Assembly (NCBI RefSeq): GCF_009914755.1
Contig: NC_060927.1
DNA length: 64,000 nucleotides
From: the human T2T-CHM13v2.0 reference genome, Homo sapiens
Reading direction: 5' to 3' (one strand)
Shown here: piece after piece, positions 13,454 through 29,245 of the stretch
Layout of the letters: every line of letters starts with the position of its first letter
Numbering within the stretch: the first letter of the stretch is position 1
The notes under the pieces: generated by a model
What the model was told of the DNA's origin: nothing
The model's input: only the letters and a program-made list of their open reading frames with translations
Databases searched by the model: none
Translations under genes and position numbers: made by a program

Positions 13454-14836
13454 CCTTAAAGTATCCATTGTATATAATTAATTAACTTCAGATTATTTTC
13501 TATATTCTGTGGTTCAGATGGGGAAAGGAAAAAGATAAAATAGAACATAGAATAGAGAGTATAGAGCATTTAAAAGAAATAGAGATTCAGGGTCTCAGAG
13601 AGCTCCATCTGAAAGAATATTGGGTCAGGATTATGTCCCTTATTAGCTGCTGTGTCCCTAGGTTGAACATGAGCTTAGCACAGAATAGGTTCTAATATAT
13701 ATTTGTTGAATTATTGGAGTGAATGAATGAATGATCAATGATGGGTGAGAGAAGACCAAGTATTTTTGTGAAGACTGTTTACCTAAACAATTGGTAGGAC
13801 CATTTGTGAAAACTTAGCTCTGTGCTACATCTGTATGTAGATATACATAGATGTTTGCCCCCTGCTTGTGTTCATCTGTTTAAAGAGTTTTTTATCCAGA
13901 CACCATACTTCTTTGATCACAATCCCTATAACTCTAAGCTAACATTTTGGCTAGCAATGTAACATGGGGATAATAATTAAAATAACAGTAGCAATTTACA
14001 ATGCCAGGTACTGTGCTGGGTCCTTTATGTGGATTAATCCTTACAACAGCTTACGATAGTAGATTTTAGACAGTGTGGTTTGGTGGTATACCCAAGATAC
14101 AGACCAGCCGATCTGACATCAGAACCCATGCTCCTTAATACTGTAATGCAATGCATCTTTTGCTGTGAAGATAGAGATCATGTTGACCATTCCCTGCATT
14201 CGATGTTCACTATTCTTCGAGTAAACCATAGGAAAAAATAGCCAGGAGCCTCTTTTTGAGAGTGAAGTTTGTAGTGAACATGTATTGGTTCTCACTGTCC
14301 AACATCTCTGCCTTTTTCAAATGAGGACAGTCACTAATATAACTTTTGCAAACTACCCTTTATCCATTAAAGATAGTCTTAGTAGGAGGAACTCTTTTTG
14401 GTTTTTACCAGATCACCCATTAATTATTCTCTTATTTCTCAAGATAATGAAATTACAAAACTAAAAGATACTGTGCTCTGGTTACTTCTAGGAGAGGGAA
14501 AACACTCTGCTCTCAAGAGAGGATTAACATGAAGAATATGAACACTTGCATGACTCAAAGCTACTGTATTCTTTATGTCTAACACCATTGGTAGGATACA
14601 TGATAGTTCCTCAAAGTTCTGTGGGGTGGATAAATATTTATATGGGAGGGCGGCTGACTGTACAAGCAAGCTGAGCTTGCCATGATGCTAACTAAGATAG
14701 AGTTCTTATAATGCCAGTCTCCACACATGGCCATCACTGTGTGGTGCACTACCACAGAGGAGCACATACACTCAATTCCAGACCTAATGACTTAAATGTC
14801 ATCTGGATATTTCTTAAACTGTTGTTTCTAATACAA

Positions 14837-15129
14837 TTTTTTTTTTTGAGATGGGGTCTTGCTCTGTCATCCAGACGGGAGTGTGGTGGCATGATTTTTA
14901 GCTCACTGCAACCACCGCCTCCTGGTTTCAAGTGATTCTCATGCCTCAGCCTCCCAAGTAGCAGGGATTACGGACACCCACCACCACACCCAGCTAATTT
15001 TTGTGTTTTTAGTAGAGATGGGGTTTAACCATGATGACCAGGTCAGTCTTGAACTCTGACCTCAGGTGATCCACCCACCTCAGCCTCCCAAAGTGCTGGA
15101 ATTATAGGCCTGAGCCATGGCGCTCAGCT
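14837..15129 (-). mobile_element. AluS-type
   Basis: Poly(T) followed by reverse-complement Alu dimer. Confidence 0.9.
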
Positions 15130-15136
15130 GAAAACA

Positions 15137-15430
15137 TTTTTGTTTGAGACAGGGTCTCTCTCTGTCCCTGAAGCCCGAGTGAAGTGACACAATAATAATG
15201 CACTACAGCCTCAAACTCCTGGCTCAAGTGATCCTCCTGCCTCAGCCTCCTGAGTAGCTGGGACTGCAGTCACATGCCATCACAACCTGGCTAATTTTTT
15301 TTTTTTTTTTTTAGAGATGGGGTCTCACTGAGTTGCCCAGGCTGGTCTCAAATTCCTGATCTCAAGCAGTCCTCGCTCCCTGACTTCCTAAAAGTCTGGG
15401 ATTATAGGCATGAGCTACCGCACCTAGCCA
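15137..15430 (-). mobile_element. AluJ, tandem to the previous Alu
   Basis: Diverged reverse Alu with J-type ggctcaagtgatcctcc. Confidence 0.88.
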
Positions 15431-17050
15431 TAAAAACACCTATTTTGATTATATTATTTACTCATTCTTTTTTGTTGTTGTTGTTTCCTAATTGTAGGCT
15501 AGTTCACATATATTTATAGATCTCAAATGATTAAAGAATATGTATGAAATGTTGTCTCTTCATTTTTTATTATTTTAAAAAGTTTAATGTGACTACAGAA
15601 AATTTGGAAAGTGTTTTACATATTACTATTTCAGTTTTCTGATACAAATGCTAATATCATTCTTGTGATCTTTCCATTGTTTTTCCATATCTCTATAAAA
15701 GTATTTTAAATATTTGAAATTATATCTGCAAAATTATCTTTATGTCAGTTGCTTTTTATAAGAAGGGGTTAGAAAGGATGTACTGCACCTCGCTCTTGCA
15801 CTCCGTGAACACTACTGCCTTTGCATGCTCTAAGTGTTAGAAGCCGGAGGCCTGAAATTGTTTCAGATAAGTGAAGAATAGCTAATAAGAGGTGATGGAA
15901 TGGAGTGTTTCTTTGATATAAGAAGTCGGGATCCCAATTGTAGAAAAATACAGTTTCATAGATTTAAATGCATTAACTTCAATTGGCATAGTTTTATCAT
16001 TAAATTGTAAACCATCATGGATAAGGCCAACAGTTTATTACTGATCTTCTCATTATGTAAAACTGTGGGTTATTTTTAGCATTTGGTTCAAAAATTTTTT
16101 CTCTTTAAAAACTCATTTTTTTAATTAGTGGATAATAGAAAAAAACACTAATTGAAAAACATAAGTTTTTAACCTTTAATAGGAAAATGTTTTTTCTTTT
16201 TTTCTTGCCTGCTAGAAAGTATACATATAAATTTTAATTCTTAATCCTAGTAACCATTTTAGCCTATGCTGTTAGTACATTTGCTTCTATAATACTTTCT
16301 CCATATAGGTTTGATTTTCCATTTTTATTTTATCAATCTTACTGCAATGTAATTTTATCAGATATTTTCCTATAAACAGGGTATAAATTGTAAATGAATC
16401 TGAATTTTGGATGTGCACCTGATTTTATTTTCAATGATGAGTTTTATGCACAGAGCTTATAGATTTAGCTGTGCTAGCATGTTCTAAAATAGTTCATAGT
16501 CTAATTGAAGAGAAAAAAGAATCTTTCTTCTCTATAATCCCATGGAATGCTTTTGCCAGACACAAGAATTCATAACCCTTGTTTTGGATAGGGTGGTCAC
16601 AGAGCATCTCCAAAATTCTGATGAGAGTTACAGACCCTCTCCTCAGAAAAAATTTATAATGAACACACACACAAACTCATCCGTGTCATAAGCAGTTTCA
16701 GAGGTCTACAACCCTATAAACTCCATTGAATTCCTGGTTTAGAGCTGTTGTCTTAGAGTGCAAGAAAAGAGCTAACGTTTATTGACCATAAATTACATAC
16801 CATTTTGAACCCAAGTGCTGACTGTGTCCAGAGTTATTTCCACTGCCTAATACTGCCATTACCATCACTTCTTCTTACTGCCCCAAAGATCCTCCAAATA
16901 CTGTTGTCTTGAGTAGTAATACTTGTTGGTTAAACTTTTATCTAATGTTTCTTAAAATATTGGTGCTAATACATATCTAGGTCTTTACCAGTATCAGTAT
17001 TAGTTAAATTGAAAATGAGATGAAACTCAGCCAAATTATACATCTCTTTG

Positions 17051-17312
17051 AACACATGGACATGGGGAAGGGAACAACACAAATTGGGGCCTATCTGGGG
17101 GTGTGGTGAGGGGAGGGAGAGAATTAGGAAAAATAGCTAATACATTCTGGGCTTAATTTCTAGGTGGTGGGTTGTGAGGTGCAGCAAACCACCATGGCAC
17201 ACGTTCACCTGTGTAACAAACCTGCACATCCTGCGTAACAAACCTGCACATCCTGCACATGTACCCCAGAACTTAAAAATAAAAAATTAAATAAATGAAT
17301 AAAGAGAAAAAG
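17051..17312 (+). mobile_element. 5'-truncated L1PA 3' end with internal 22-bp duplication
   Basis: TSD atacatctctttg at 17038-17050 and 17313-17325; gtaacaaacctgcacatcctgc twice at 17213-17256. Confidence 0.9.
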
Positions 17313-17777
17313 ATACATCTCTTTGCATTTAGTAACTTTTAAGAGGTGAATTTTATGTGTTTGACTTTGAATTACACCCTGAAGATTTTTTTCATCCTAA
17401 TGAAACTAATGCATAACTAAACCTTGAGCATAGCTGTCAGATGGGGAGAAATAGAAAAATAAACATGACTTTTTAATGATGTAAAGAAAACCTATCCTTA
17501 ATGAACTCAAGCATGCTGATATAATGTAATACTGAATGAAACCTTTTTACCATCATGAGTGGAACTGCCTGAACTGGAATTGTGTCAACTTAAATCCCTA
17601 GCCTCATTTACCCAGAAGTGAACAGAATTAGTTGTTGCTGTATAAAGACATGTTCCTGCTAGGACAGTGTCTGATCCTCTGTCCACAAGATGTGGCAGGT
17701 ATGGGTTCCCAGGCACATAAAGAGAGATAAGTAATCTGAGTACATGGCATACTGAGTGTGGTCTTTCTCTTTACTAG

Positions 17778-17862
17778 ACATTTGGGCCTGGACCTGGTGC
17801 CTCGGAAGGACTTTGAAGTAGTGGACTCGGACCAGATTAGTGTCTCAGATCTCTATAAGATG
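17778..17862 (+). CDS. DOCK3: DOCK3 coding exon (probably exon 7), 85 bp, (E)HLGLDLVPRKDFEVVDSDQISVSDLYKM
   Basis: tctttctctttactag acceptor, ATG|gtaaga donor; its first base completes the GAA codon from the previous exon; LGLDLVPR is a DOCK-A/B family motif. Confidence 0.96.
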
Positions 17863-18736
17863 GTAAGAAATCTAACATGAGGTAGCTTGTTCCTGCATAC
17901 CTCATTTTTTCTCTTTTGTTTATTTTCTCTAATGTTATGAAACAACATTGCTAAAAATTTGTTTTGGCCTCTTTCCCAGTGTATTTAAGTGATATTCTGG
18001 CCATATCTGTCACACTAGCTTTCCAAATAGGATTCCATTGTAGTAAACTACAGATACTGGGCTTACCAAATTATCTAGGCATTACTTCTTTGTTGACTTT
18101 CTTGGTGAACCAGAGCTCCTTCAGCCTGCAGCATAACTAAAGTTATGTCTCTTTCCTCTCACCTCTTTAAAAGAGAAAGTAGTTAAAGCTGGAAAGAGCC
18201 AATTATTAGGTAATATAGAAATTGAGCCTGGAAATAATGTACTAGTCTTTCTAGAGAGACAGAGCCTGATAGATTCTTAGCTATCTGTTGGTTATTACAA
18301 AAATATGTTGGGTCGACTAATCAAGATTACATTTATAGTCTAGATGCAAAGTAAATAAATGAAGGGTACAATATTTTAAAGTAAAATAAATAGAAGAAAC
18401 CTTAGGTGGTGACAGTTATGCTTAGACTAACAGACTGGATAAAAACTCATCTTGAAGAGTATGTATTTGATGAGTATATATTGGTGAGATTTATAAGTTT
18501 TAGAGTCTGTTTAATAAACTGTAATATTTTTAGGGAGCTTAGAGGGTACCAAGTATGTTGCCTGGACAAGGACCTAAGGAAATTTGCCTAAGTAATATGC
18601 AAATAACATATCAATTGCTTCTGCACATTTGTTTGTGTGTACTTACTAGCATACCCAAGCAATTGTGTTCAGTTGCTTTAACTATGCTGTATGCAGTACA
18701 ATAGGTTGATAAGTGTGAGATATAGAGATTAAAGAT

Positions 18737-18870
18737 AGCTGGATGTGGTGGCATGCACCTGTAGGTACAGCCAGCTACTTGGAAGGCTGAAGTGATAGGA
18801 TCGCTTGAGCTCAGGATTTTGAGAGCAGCTTGGACAACATAGTGAGACCCATCTATTTAAAAAATAAAAA
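18737..18870 (+). mobile_element. Free Alu monomer (FLAM-like)
   Basis: Single ~130-bp Alu arm with A-rich tail. Confidence 0.8.
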
Positions 18871-18911
18871 GTATGAACAAGACTTATCTATTCCCTAAAG
18901 AATCTCACTAT

Positions 18912-19095
18912 CTAGGGTATTGGTTCCTAATCCCTTTTGGGTCATAGAAGATCAGGTGAAATTTTCTCCCAGGACAATGCAAGTATGCTTTGCATACAAA
19001 GTTTTATAATCAGTTTTAGAGAATTGATGGATAGTTTCTCCTGATGCTTGCTCTGAAGCCCATGCATGGACCCTATGTTAGAAACTCTACTCTAG
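18912..19095. mobile_element. Old hAT-Charlie-like MITE relic; a similar relic lies at ~16585-16755
   Basis: Degenerate ggttcctaatcccttttgggtca...ggaccctatgttagaaactctactctag pattern. Confidence 0.4.
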
Positions 19096-19199
19096 TGGAA
19101 TCAATAGACCACAGTCAAACAGTTGCCATACGTGTGCTGCATATATGTGCTGTGTAGCATAATTTAAGTATACAATGATGCTCTTAGAGGTAGTGACTG

Positions 19200-20300
19200 G
19201 TTTCCTGGGAGTAGGAAAAGAGAAGGAAAGACATTCCAAAAAGGCACACAGCATATGGAAGTGGCAGTTCCAGGAAACTATAAGACATTTCATAACTTCG
19301 GCATAGAGTACCACTAACTCATGTTAGTGAGTGGGAGTGAGGCCAAGAAGGAGGCAAAAGTCAGACCATGAAGAGCTTTGTATTTCTCAAATTAGAGTCT
19401 ATCGAGTAGTCTGAAAGAAGCATGAGAGTGACATAAGCAGATACTGGTTTCAAACATTGACTCTGTCTAGAGAGAATATAAAATGCAAAAGACTGGAATG
19501 AGGGAGGAAAGAGACCCAGAGTAGTGATTCAGGTAAGAAAAATGGCTAGACAGCAATGGACAAGAAATACAATAAGAATGTAGATGTTTGGAATTAAAAT
19601 TGATAAATTTTGATGATCAATTAGATATGGAAAGTGAAGAGAGAATGAGAGTTTGAAACTAAGAATTCCCCTTGGAATACTGGCTTGGAGGATGCTGTTT
19701 TCTTGGTAAAGATTTTGGATTTTATTCTTAGTGTGACAGTAAGCTTGTGAAGGTAAATTGAGCAGGAGAATCACATGATCAGCTTTACATTTTTAAAAGA
19801 TGCCTTTGCTTGCTGTGTGGAAAAGGATTGGAGTGGGGCAAGAATAGAAGTAGAGAAGAGTCATTCAAGCAGGAGAACTTAATTTCAGTAGCTTGAGCTA
19901 GAGCTGGAAGAGTGAAACTAGTAAGAAGTTGTTGGATTCTGAATATATTTTGAAGTTAGAACCATAGTTGTAGATAGATTAAATTGCCATGTGTGTTTGT
20001 AGATAGATTAAATTGCCATGTGTGTATACAAGAAAGAGAAAGGTCAGAAAAGAATTATACCTGTGTTTTTGACCTGCCTAATTATATAAAAGTGAAATGG
20101 GAAACCTTGTGGAAGAAGCAGTTTGGAGAGTGAAGCAGTAAGGATCTATAGCTGTGATTTTCTTTTCACGTTTGGGATTCCTTTTAGACATCCCACCAGA
20201 GATGCTGAAAGTCTAGAGCTCATAAATGAAGTTCAGATAAAACAGTTTTAGAGGCATCATATTACATATGGTATATAAGGCTCTAGGACTGAATTAGATA
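19200..20300 (-). mobile_element. L2 relics
   Basis: Purine-rich reverse L2 blocks (gagcaggagaatcacatgatcagctttacattttt; ggattctgaatatattttgaagttagaacc). Confidence 0.6.
19968..20025. repeat. Perfect 29-bp tandem duplication
   Basis: ttgtagatagattaaattgccatgtgtgt at 19968 and 19997. Confidence 0.95.
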
Positions 20301-20599
20301 ACCACCTCCTTGCCCAGACCTTCATACAGTGAAACCCAGTGGCCATACAGCACTTCCAGACAACCAAGCATCAATAGACAAAGCTCTCACATAATGTTCA
20401 CTATTTGGGCGATGGGTACACTTAGAAGCCCGGACCTCACAATTTTGCAATATCCATACAACAAATCTGAATCTTGAAAAAAGAGAGAGACAGAGAGAGA
20501 GAAAGAAACAGAGAGAGAGACCAAAATGAACAACATACGGAAGGAACTTGGAAGAAAGAGACAGCCCAGCAGAAGAAAATGGTGATTGCTGTCTGCAGA

Positions 20600-21300
20600 G
20601 AGAAATTAGGAAACAATTAGGAAACAGAGTACAACAATCCAAAGAGCTTTACAAAATTAAAAAGCAGATTACTGGAATACACTTGGAATAAAGGTTAGAA
20701 AATAGAGAAAAATCTCCCTGAAAACAGAACAGCAACAAAATAAAGTAACAGTAGGAGAGAAAACGTTTAAAAGTTTAGAGGTTCAATTCAGGAAGCCCAG
20801 TATTCAGAAGAGAGAATAAAGAAACAAAGAAAGAAAATTACTGAAGGAATCATATTAAAAACTTTCTCAGAACATGGATATGAGTCTCCAGATTTAAAGG
20901 GCCCAATGTAATTATGAAATTTCAGCTCACTAGAGATGGAGATGAGCTTAAAACTTCCAAAGAACAAAATGGATCACATACAAAGGATTTGTTGTAGGAA
21001 AAACATTTGGCTTCCTAATAGCAGCATTAAAAATTAGAAATAAGAGCATTACCTTCAAAATTCTGAGGGAATATAACATTCAACCCAGAATTCTATATTT
21101 ACTCAGCCACATTATAAATCAAGTGGGAGAGTAGCCTAAAGAAAATTTTGGTCACTCAGAGTCTCAAAACAACAATAATAACAATGCTCTTTAACTCCTT
21201 TTCAGGAAACTACTGAAGAGTAAGTTATTCCTTCTAAAATGAAGGAGTAAATCAAAAGGTCTACTGTGTGTTATCCAGGAAAGGGATTCTGACACAATGA
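20600..21300 (+). mobile_element. Second HAL1/L1M ORF1-like relic
   Basis: ccttcaaaattctgagggaatataacattcaacccagaattctata...aaatcaagtgggagagtag; resembles 8500-9170. Confidence 0.5.
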
Positions 21301-21694
21301 AAGCCCTCTTTATTTCATTTTCTGCTAAATTTCCTGTCTTTTTATCTCATGTATTTGCTTTTTCATACAATTAGATATGATAAAAAACAATTATAAGAGT
21401 CCACACATTTATTAAAAACCACTTAGGATTTATATGTTAAATTGCACAGTAAATGTTTTGGTTAAATCTTAAAAGTTCAAGATTCAAAAGAATATCCTTT
21501 TAGATTTTGTGTTAACATGTAAATCTATTACTGGAAATTATGAAGACTTTATATGAAACTTTCTGATTATAATACTTCTTGTCATTGATTTTAGGGAAAA
21601 AATCCTGTATGAATAAGATTATACTTAAAGTTTGCACTCATAGCATTTTTTAAATAAAAAATGAAGCCTCCATGCAAATGTTGAATGATAATGA

Positions 21695-22074
<380 letters not shown>

Positions 22075-24035
22075 GGATTTTGCATTCTTTATGATGAAAA
22101 CCAGAGGAAGTCCTTAGTGCTCTTCAATTCTGCATCATAACAACTCTAAATCCATTTTAAACAATAGAGAATTGGTGCTGCGAAAATATAAAGTATTTCA
22201 AAAGACACCACAAACTATTTGTGTTAATCTTAGCCATGCATCTTTGTGAAATGTGACACTCAAAAATTACATAATATGAGAGTTTCTAAACTGTGGCAAG
22301 ATCTAACAGAATGCTTGCATTATAGCCCCCTGCTTCATTATTATCCATCCACATTATCATGTATTGGGATTTGTGTTTGCCTGTTGTCTTCTTGTGTCAA
22401 TTAATATTTTTAATAGCTCAATGTTTATACATTCATTTCTGGTATAAATCAGTCAATTAGATTATTTACTAAAAATCAGTAATTGTATATGCTTCATCCT
22501 TTCATAGATTCTGACTAGATATGCCTTATATTTCCTTGTAAGACTCACAATATTTAACACAATCCCCAACCTATATAGCAGGCAATTAATTTTGTTATTC
22601 AGTTGGTTAACATATCCAAAGCTGCATAGTTTCTTTCCATATTGCTAGACTTTTGTAGACCAAATGAACAAGAGACTTTACAGGGCTGAAAATGATTTCT
22701 CTACTGGAGAAAAACTGGCAGAGGCAGTAATGTGTTCCATGCATTTCTTAATTAATTTATATTTTTGACATACATTGCTAGGCACTTGTAGTATAAAGAT
22801 AAATAAGACAGTGTTTTGCTCCCTGGAAGTGCAAAGTCTAGAGTTACGTAGCAAACATGGAAACAATGCATTACAACCCTAATAGAGGTGATGATTACAC
22901 TGAAAAGGGAGGTATTGGCTGACCAGCTGAAGTCTGGTTGACAAGAGTGCCCTGAAAGAGGTTCCAGAATGCCAGTTCTGATGCCTTTCTCTGGCTGCCC
23001 ATGTGGTATGCTTTCAGACTAAATCATTCTCTCAAAATTTAATGACTGAAATAAAAAAATTACTTATTATTGTCAACAGGGATGTTTCATACTGAAATTA
23101 GCTGCTTCATAAAATCCTTCTGTATATAGTTCTAATTGAAAATTTATGACTACCAAGATTAGTAGTCCTTTTAATTGGTTAACAGTAAATCTACTTGAGA
23201 AAAATGGCTTAGTGTAGCTCCTGGATATAAAATAAAACAACGGAATTTATTTTAGTCTAGTAACCTTCCAGTGAGATATGGTCAGTAAACCACAGAAAAC
23301 CTGATTTGTTTTTGAATGCTTGAATTTTTTTTTTTTTTTACTTTTTTGAAACCTGTTTTATATGTGAATTTTTCTTTTGTGCATATACATTCTATATGAT
23401 GTTTTGCCCAGCTGGTGGAGACTTGATTTTTATATTTCATATATATCATGGGGACATATATTTCCATGAATGAACATTAATACTCAATAATGATTAGTTA
23501 ATATTGCTAATATGCACATGGATATTTAGTAATAAGCAAATATAGCTGGTCAGACACATTTAAATTAATATTTAATTGTACTTCTCTTTTATATAGGGTT
23601 AAATATATGTGTTTGGAAAAGAAATGGAAACTTCCACTGCCACAACCATTCTTCTTACCCATGTGATATGGAGCAATTCAACAAATGAGTGTGGTACCAT
23701 ACCTCTAGGGTCCAAAAGGAAGCAGGATGAAATCTCTCATTGTTTCGTTTACCAACACCACGCACTGAACATTTGTAAATTCACCATTATTCCTGGCCAG
23801 GGTTTACTTCTAAATGTGAATGACTTTCTATAATAACTAATTATAAAAAATAACAATTATACTAATAATAAAAATACCAATTTTGAATAATAATTATCAG
23901 CCACTTACAGTATGATAGGTAATATGCTGAGTCAGTCTGCTCAAACTCTGTGAGGTTGAGTTAGGCATAAAATTTTATAGTCACTTTTCAGATGATGAAT
24001 ACACAGATATAAGTGTGAGTCAAGATTCAAAACTA

Positions 24036-24335
24036 GGCCGGTCATGGTGGCTCACGCCTGTAATCCCAGCACTTTGGGAGGCCAAGGCAGACAGATCACG
24101 AGGTCAGGAGATTGAGACCATCCTGGCTAACACGGTGAAACCCCATCTGTACTAAAAATACAAAAAAATTAGCTGGGCGTGGTGGCGGGCACCTGTAGTC
24201 CCAGCTACTCGGGAGGCTGAGGCAGGAGAATGGCGTGAACCTGGGTGGTGGAGCTTGCAGTGAGCCTAGATCGCGCCACTGGAATCTAGCCTGGGCGACA
24301 GAGCAAGACTCTGTCTCAAAAAAAAAAAAAAAAAA
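24036..24335 (+). mobile_element. AluY
   Basis: accatcctggctaacacgg and gagaatggcgtgaacc diagnostics; degenerate TSD aagattcaaaact / aaaattcgaaact. Confidence 0.93.
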
Positions 24336-26122
24336 TTCGAAACTGGAGGGTTGCAGGGGGTGGTATCAAGATGGCTGAGTAGAGGCACCTGGCACTTGCC
24401 TTCTACTCAGTGAGTAATTAACTACATATTGAATAGAGCATCTAAGACAGAATACTGGAGTTCATCAGGGAAGTGACAAGAAACTTCAGAGTCATGGAAG
24501 GAGAGGGAAGCAAAGCAGCCAGCCCACCCAGGATAAGCTTGGAGCTAGAAGGAACTCCCCATTGTGGAGAAAAGGCATTGTTCCAGAGAGAGAGTTTGGG
24601 CCGGGCCTCACACTACCTCTGAGATTCCACAGAGGTACCACAGAGACACCACAGCACAGTGTCATTTTGAGAGCCTAGCTCCCACCAGACTGCGTTTTTC
24701 TACCCTTGGGTCCAACACACCCGAATCTCCACACCCCTGGAGCCCTGCTGACATCCCCCTATGTCCATTCAGAGGGCTGCAGCATCACAATACATACTGG
24801 ACCCAGCATTGTTCCTGGGTCTCCAGCGCTTTAGCCCACACAGTGACTTATACCCTGGGGAATGGGTGGTGCAGTGCACCTAGGAGACTGCCCCCATGAC
24901 AAAGAAAGCTAAAACTTGTGCTCCCTAGAACCTGAGAGCTGCATGTCTGGGGCTACTGCCACTGATAGCAACCCTGCTCCCTCCAGTGGCAGAGCCACTG
25001 CATACCTGCACACATTCAACACATTCAAGAGGCCTGGGGGACTGGTTCACCTGTGTGCATTGTCCCGGGACCTGAGGACCAATCTGCCCCATACACTGCC
25101 ATGGGCACATAAGTGCATAGTCCAAGGAACTCACCTGTCACCACCAGTACCCACACATACCTTCCAGGACCTGGGTATTGACTAGCATTCCTCCTGCCAC
25201 CAGCACCTGTGTTTACCACCTGGGGGCCAGAGGACAGACCTATAGGATAGGTCTGTGGGTAGGCCCACAGCTGTTGTCCCCATGTGCCATCCAGGGTGAT
25301 CAGCCTGGTGAAACTGCCCTAGCTGTTGCCTGTGTACTAAGGGACCTGAGAGGTGGCACACCACTGCTACTGCCATTGCCAGTGCCATGTGTACCACCAC
25401 GGGGCCTGAGTACCCACTTGATCATTATCACTAGCACCCAAGCATGCTGCCTGGAGGCCCAAGGACTGACCTTCCACCATGGGGTCCCACATATACCACC
25501 TGGGGACCTAAGGACCAGCCCATCTGATCTTCTTGTTCCTAGCTAAGCCTCACCACAGCATCTACTAACAACCACAGTCTAAGTCACTGCAGAACTCACA
25601 GACACCACTGACACTGATTATAGCTGAAGAAATCATATGGAGAGTCTGCTACTGCACTCACCTAGAATCAAATCCAAAGCACCCTACCTAACACTAAATA
25701 TACATCTATAGGAAAAAGTCTTTCCCTATGTAAACCAATCTATAAAATTAGAACAAGCAGCTGTTACACTGGATGCCCACATATCAATGTAAGGACACAA
25801 GAAACATAAAAAAGCAAAGATACATGACACTTCCAAACAAAGACAATAATTCTCTAGTAACAGATCCCATAGAAAAGAAAATGAATGAAATCCCTGAAAA
25901 ATAATTCAAAATAAGATTAAAGAAGCTCAGTGAGATACAAGAGAACACAGATAAACAATAAAAAATCAGAAAAGCAATTCATGAGTTGAAGTTTAACAAA
26001 GAGATATGCATCATAGAAAGGAACCAAACAGAAATCCTGGAACTGAAGCTTTAGTGAATGAAAGAAAAAATACAGTCAAGAGCTTCAACAATAGATGAAA
26101 TCAAGCAAAAGAAAGACTTTCT

Positions 26123-26497
<375 letters not shown>

Positions 26498-28363
26498 TTA
26501 TGTGACATACAGGGTACCAGAAGCAAATAAATATTCAAATTTTGGCAGTTTCACAAGGAGAAGGCATGGGCAAAGATATAGAAAACCTGCTAATGAGATA
26601 ATAGCTGAAAACTTCACAAGTCTTGCAAGAGATAAAGACATCCAAATACAGAAAGCTCAAATATCCCCAAATAGATGTAATCTAATAAGATTTTAAAGGT
26701 ATATATATATAATCAAACTATTAAAAATCAAAGACAAATAATTCTAAAAACAGTTAAAAGCATCATGTCACATATAAGGGAATCTCCACCAGACTAATAG
26801 CACATTTCTCAGCAGAAACCTTCTAGACCAGGAGAGAATGGGATGACAGATTCAAAGTTCTGGGGTGAGGGATTGGTGGGGGCATGAGGGGAATTGTCAG
26901 CCAAGAATACTATACCCAACAAAGCTATCCTTAAATGGAGGTTACATAAAATCTTTCTAGACAAGCAAAAACTGAGGGAATTCATCACCACTGGACCAGT
27001 CCTACAAGAAATGTTTCAGGGATTTCTGTATCTGGAAGCGAAAGGACAATGTCTACCATCATGAAAACACACAAAAGTATAAAGCTTACTGGTAGCATAC
27101 ATATACAAATGAGAAAGGAGTTAAACATTACCATCATAAAAAAACCACCAAATCTTAAAGGCAAACAAGAAACAAGGAAGAAAGAAATGAAGAATGTATT
27201 AAACAATCACAAAATAATTAACAAAACAACAGGAGTGAGTCCTTACCTGTTACTAACAACCTTGAATATGAACTGTTTAAATTCTCCAATTAAAAAATAT
27301 AGACTGCCTGAATTGATTTTAAAAATCAAGACCCAACTATATGTTCTCTACAAAAAACTCAGTTTACCTATAACGACACACATAGACTGAAAGTGAAGGG
27401 ATGGAAAAAAAATTCCATGCAAATAGAAACCTAAAGCATGCAATAATAGCTATACTTATATCAGAGAAAATGGACTTTACATCAAAAAACATAAAAATAG
27501 ATAAGGTCATTATGTAATGATAAAGGGATCAATTCAGCAAGAGGATATAACAGTTGTAAATATATGTGCATCCAATACCACAGCACCCAGATATATAAGC
27601 AAATACTATCAGAGCAAAAGAGTTCAACAGACCCCAATGCATTAATAGTTGGGGACTTCAGCATTACACTTTCAGCACTGGACAGATTATCCAGACAGAA
27701 AGTCAACAAACATCAGGCTTACTCTGTTCTATAGAACAAATGTACTTAACAGACATTACAAAATATTTCATTCAACAGTATAGAGCACATATTTTTCTCA
27801 TCAGCACATGGAACATACTCCAGGATACAGCACATATTAGGCCACAAACAAGTCTCAACAAATTTTGAAAAATCAAAATCATGTCAAGTATCTTCTCAGA
27901 CCACAGGGAAATAAAACTAGAAATCAATAAAAAGAGGAACTTTGTAAACTGTATAAACACATGGAAATTAAACAGCATGCTCCTGAATAAGCAATGAGTG
28001 AATGAACAAATTAAAAAGGAAATTAAAAACTTGCTTGAAACAAGTGAAAATGGAAACACAACATATCCAAATTCTGTGAGATATGGCAAAAGCAGTACTA
28101 AGAGGGAAGTTTACAGTAATAAATACCTACATAAAAATTGGAAAGATTTCAAATAAACAACCTAATGGTGTGCCTTAAGGACCCCAAAAAAGGAAAAACA
28201 AACTAAACCTAAAGTTAGTAGAAATAAGTAATAAAGATCAGAGCAGAACTAAACAAAATAGAGCTGAAAAAAACAATACAAAGGATCAGCGAAACAAAAA
28301 GTTGGTTTTCTGAAAAGATAAAATCGATAAACCACTAGACTAATCGAGAAAAAAGAAGGTCCA

Positions 28364-28872
28364 TGCTGAGACCGGTTCAGTCAGGGATACCCTAACCCAG
28401 TGACACTAGAGGAATTAAAGACACACACACAGAAATATAGAGGTGTGGAGTGGGAAATCAGGAGTCTCACAGCCTTCAGAGCTGAGAGCCTCAAACAGAG
28501 ATTTACCCATGTATTTCTTAACAGCAAGCCAGTGATAAGCATTGTTTCTATAGATTATAGATTAACTAAAAGTATTCCTTATGGGAAACAAAGGGATGGG
28601 CCAAAATAAAGGGATGGGTTTGGCTAGTTATCTGCAGCAGGAGCATGTCCTTAAGGCACAGATCGCTCATGCTATTGTTTGTGATATAAGAACGCCTTTA
28701 AGTGGTTTTCCACCCTGGATGGGCCAGGTGTTCCTTGCCCTCATTCTAGTAAACCCACAACCTTCCAGTGTGGGCATCATGGCCATCATGAACATGTCGC
28801 AGTGCTGCACAGATTTTGTTTATGGCCAGTTTTGGGGCCAGTTTATGGCCAGATTTTAGGGTGTTCCCAGCA
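28364..28872 (-). mobile_element. MER9-type solo LTR (HERV-K HML-3), 509 bp
   Basis: TG...CA ends, 5-bp TSD gtcca (28359-28363, 28873-28877); reverse strand begins with the MER9 signature aaaatctggccataaactggccccaaaactggccataaacaaaatc. Confidence 0.88.
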
Positions 28873-28938
28873 GTCCAAAATAAAGTCAGAAACAAAAAAG
28901 GATACATTGTGGCTGATGCCACAGAAGTACACAGGATC

Positions 28939-29245
<307 letters not shown>
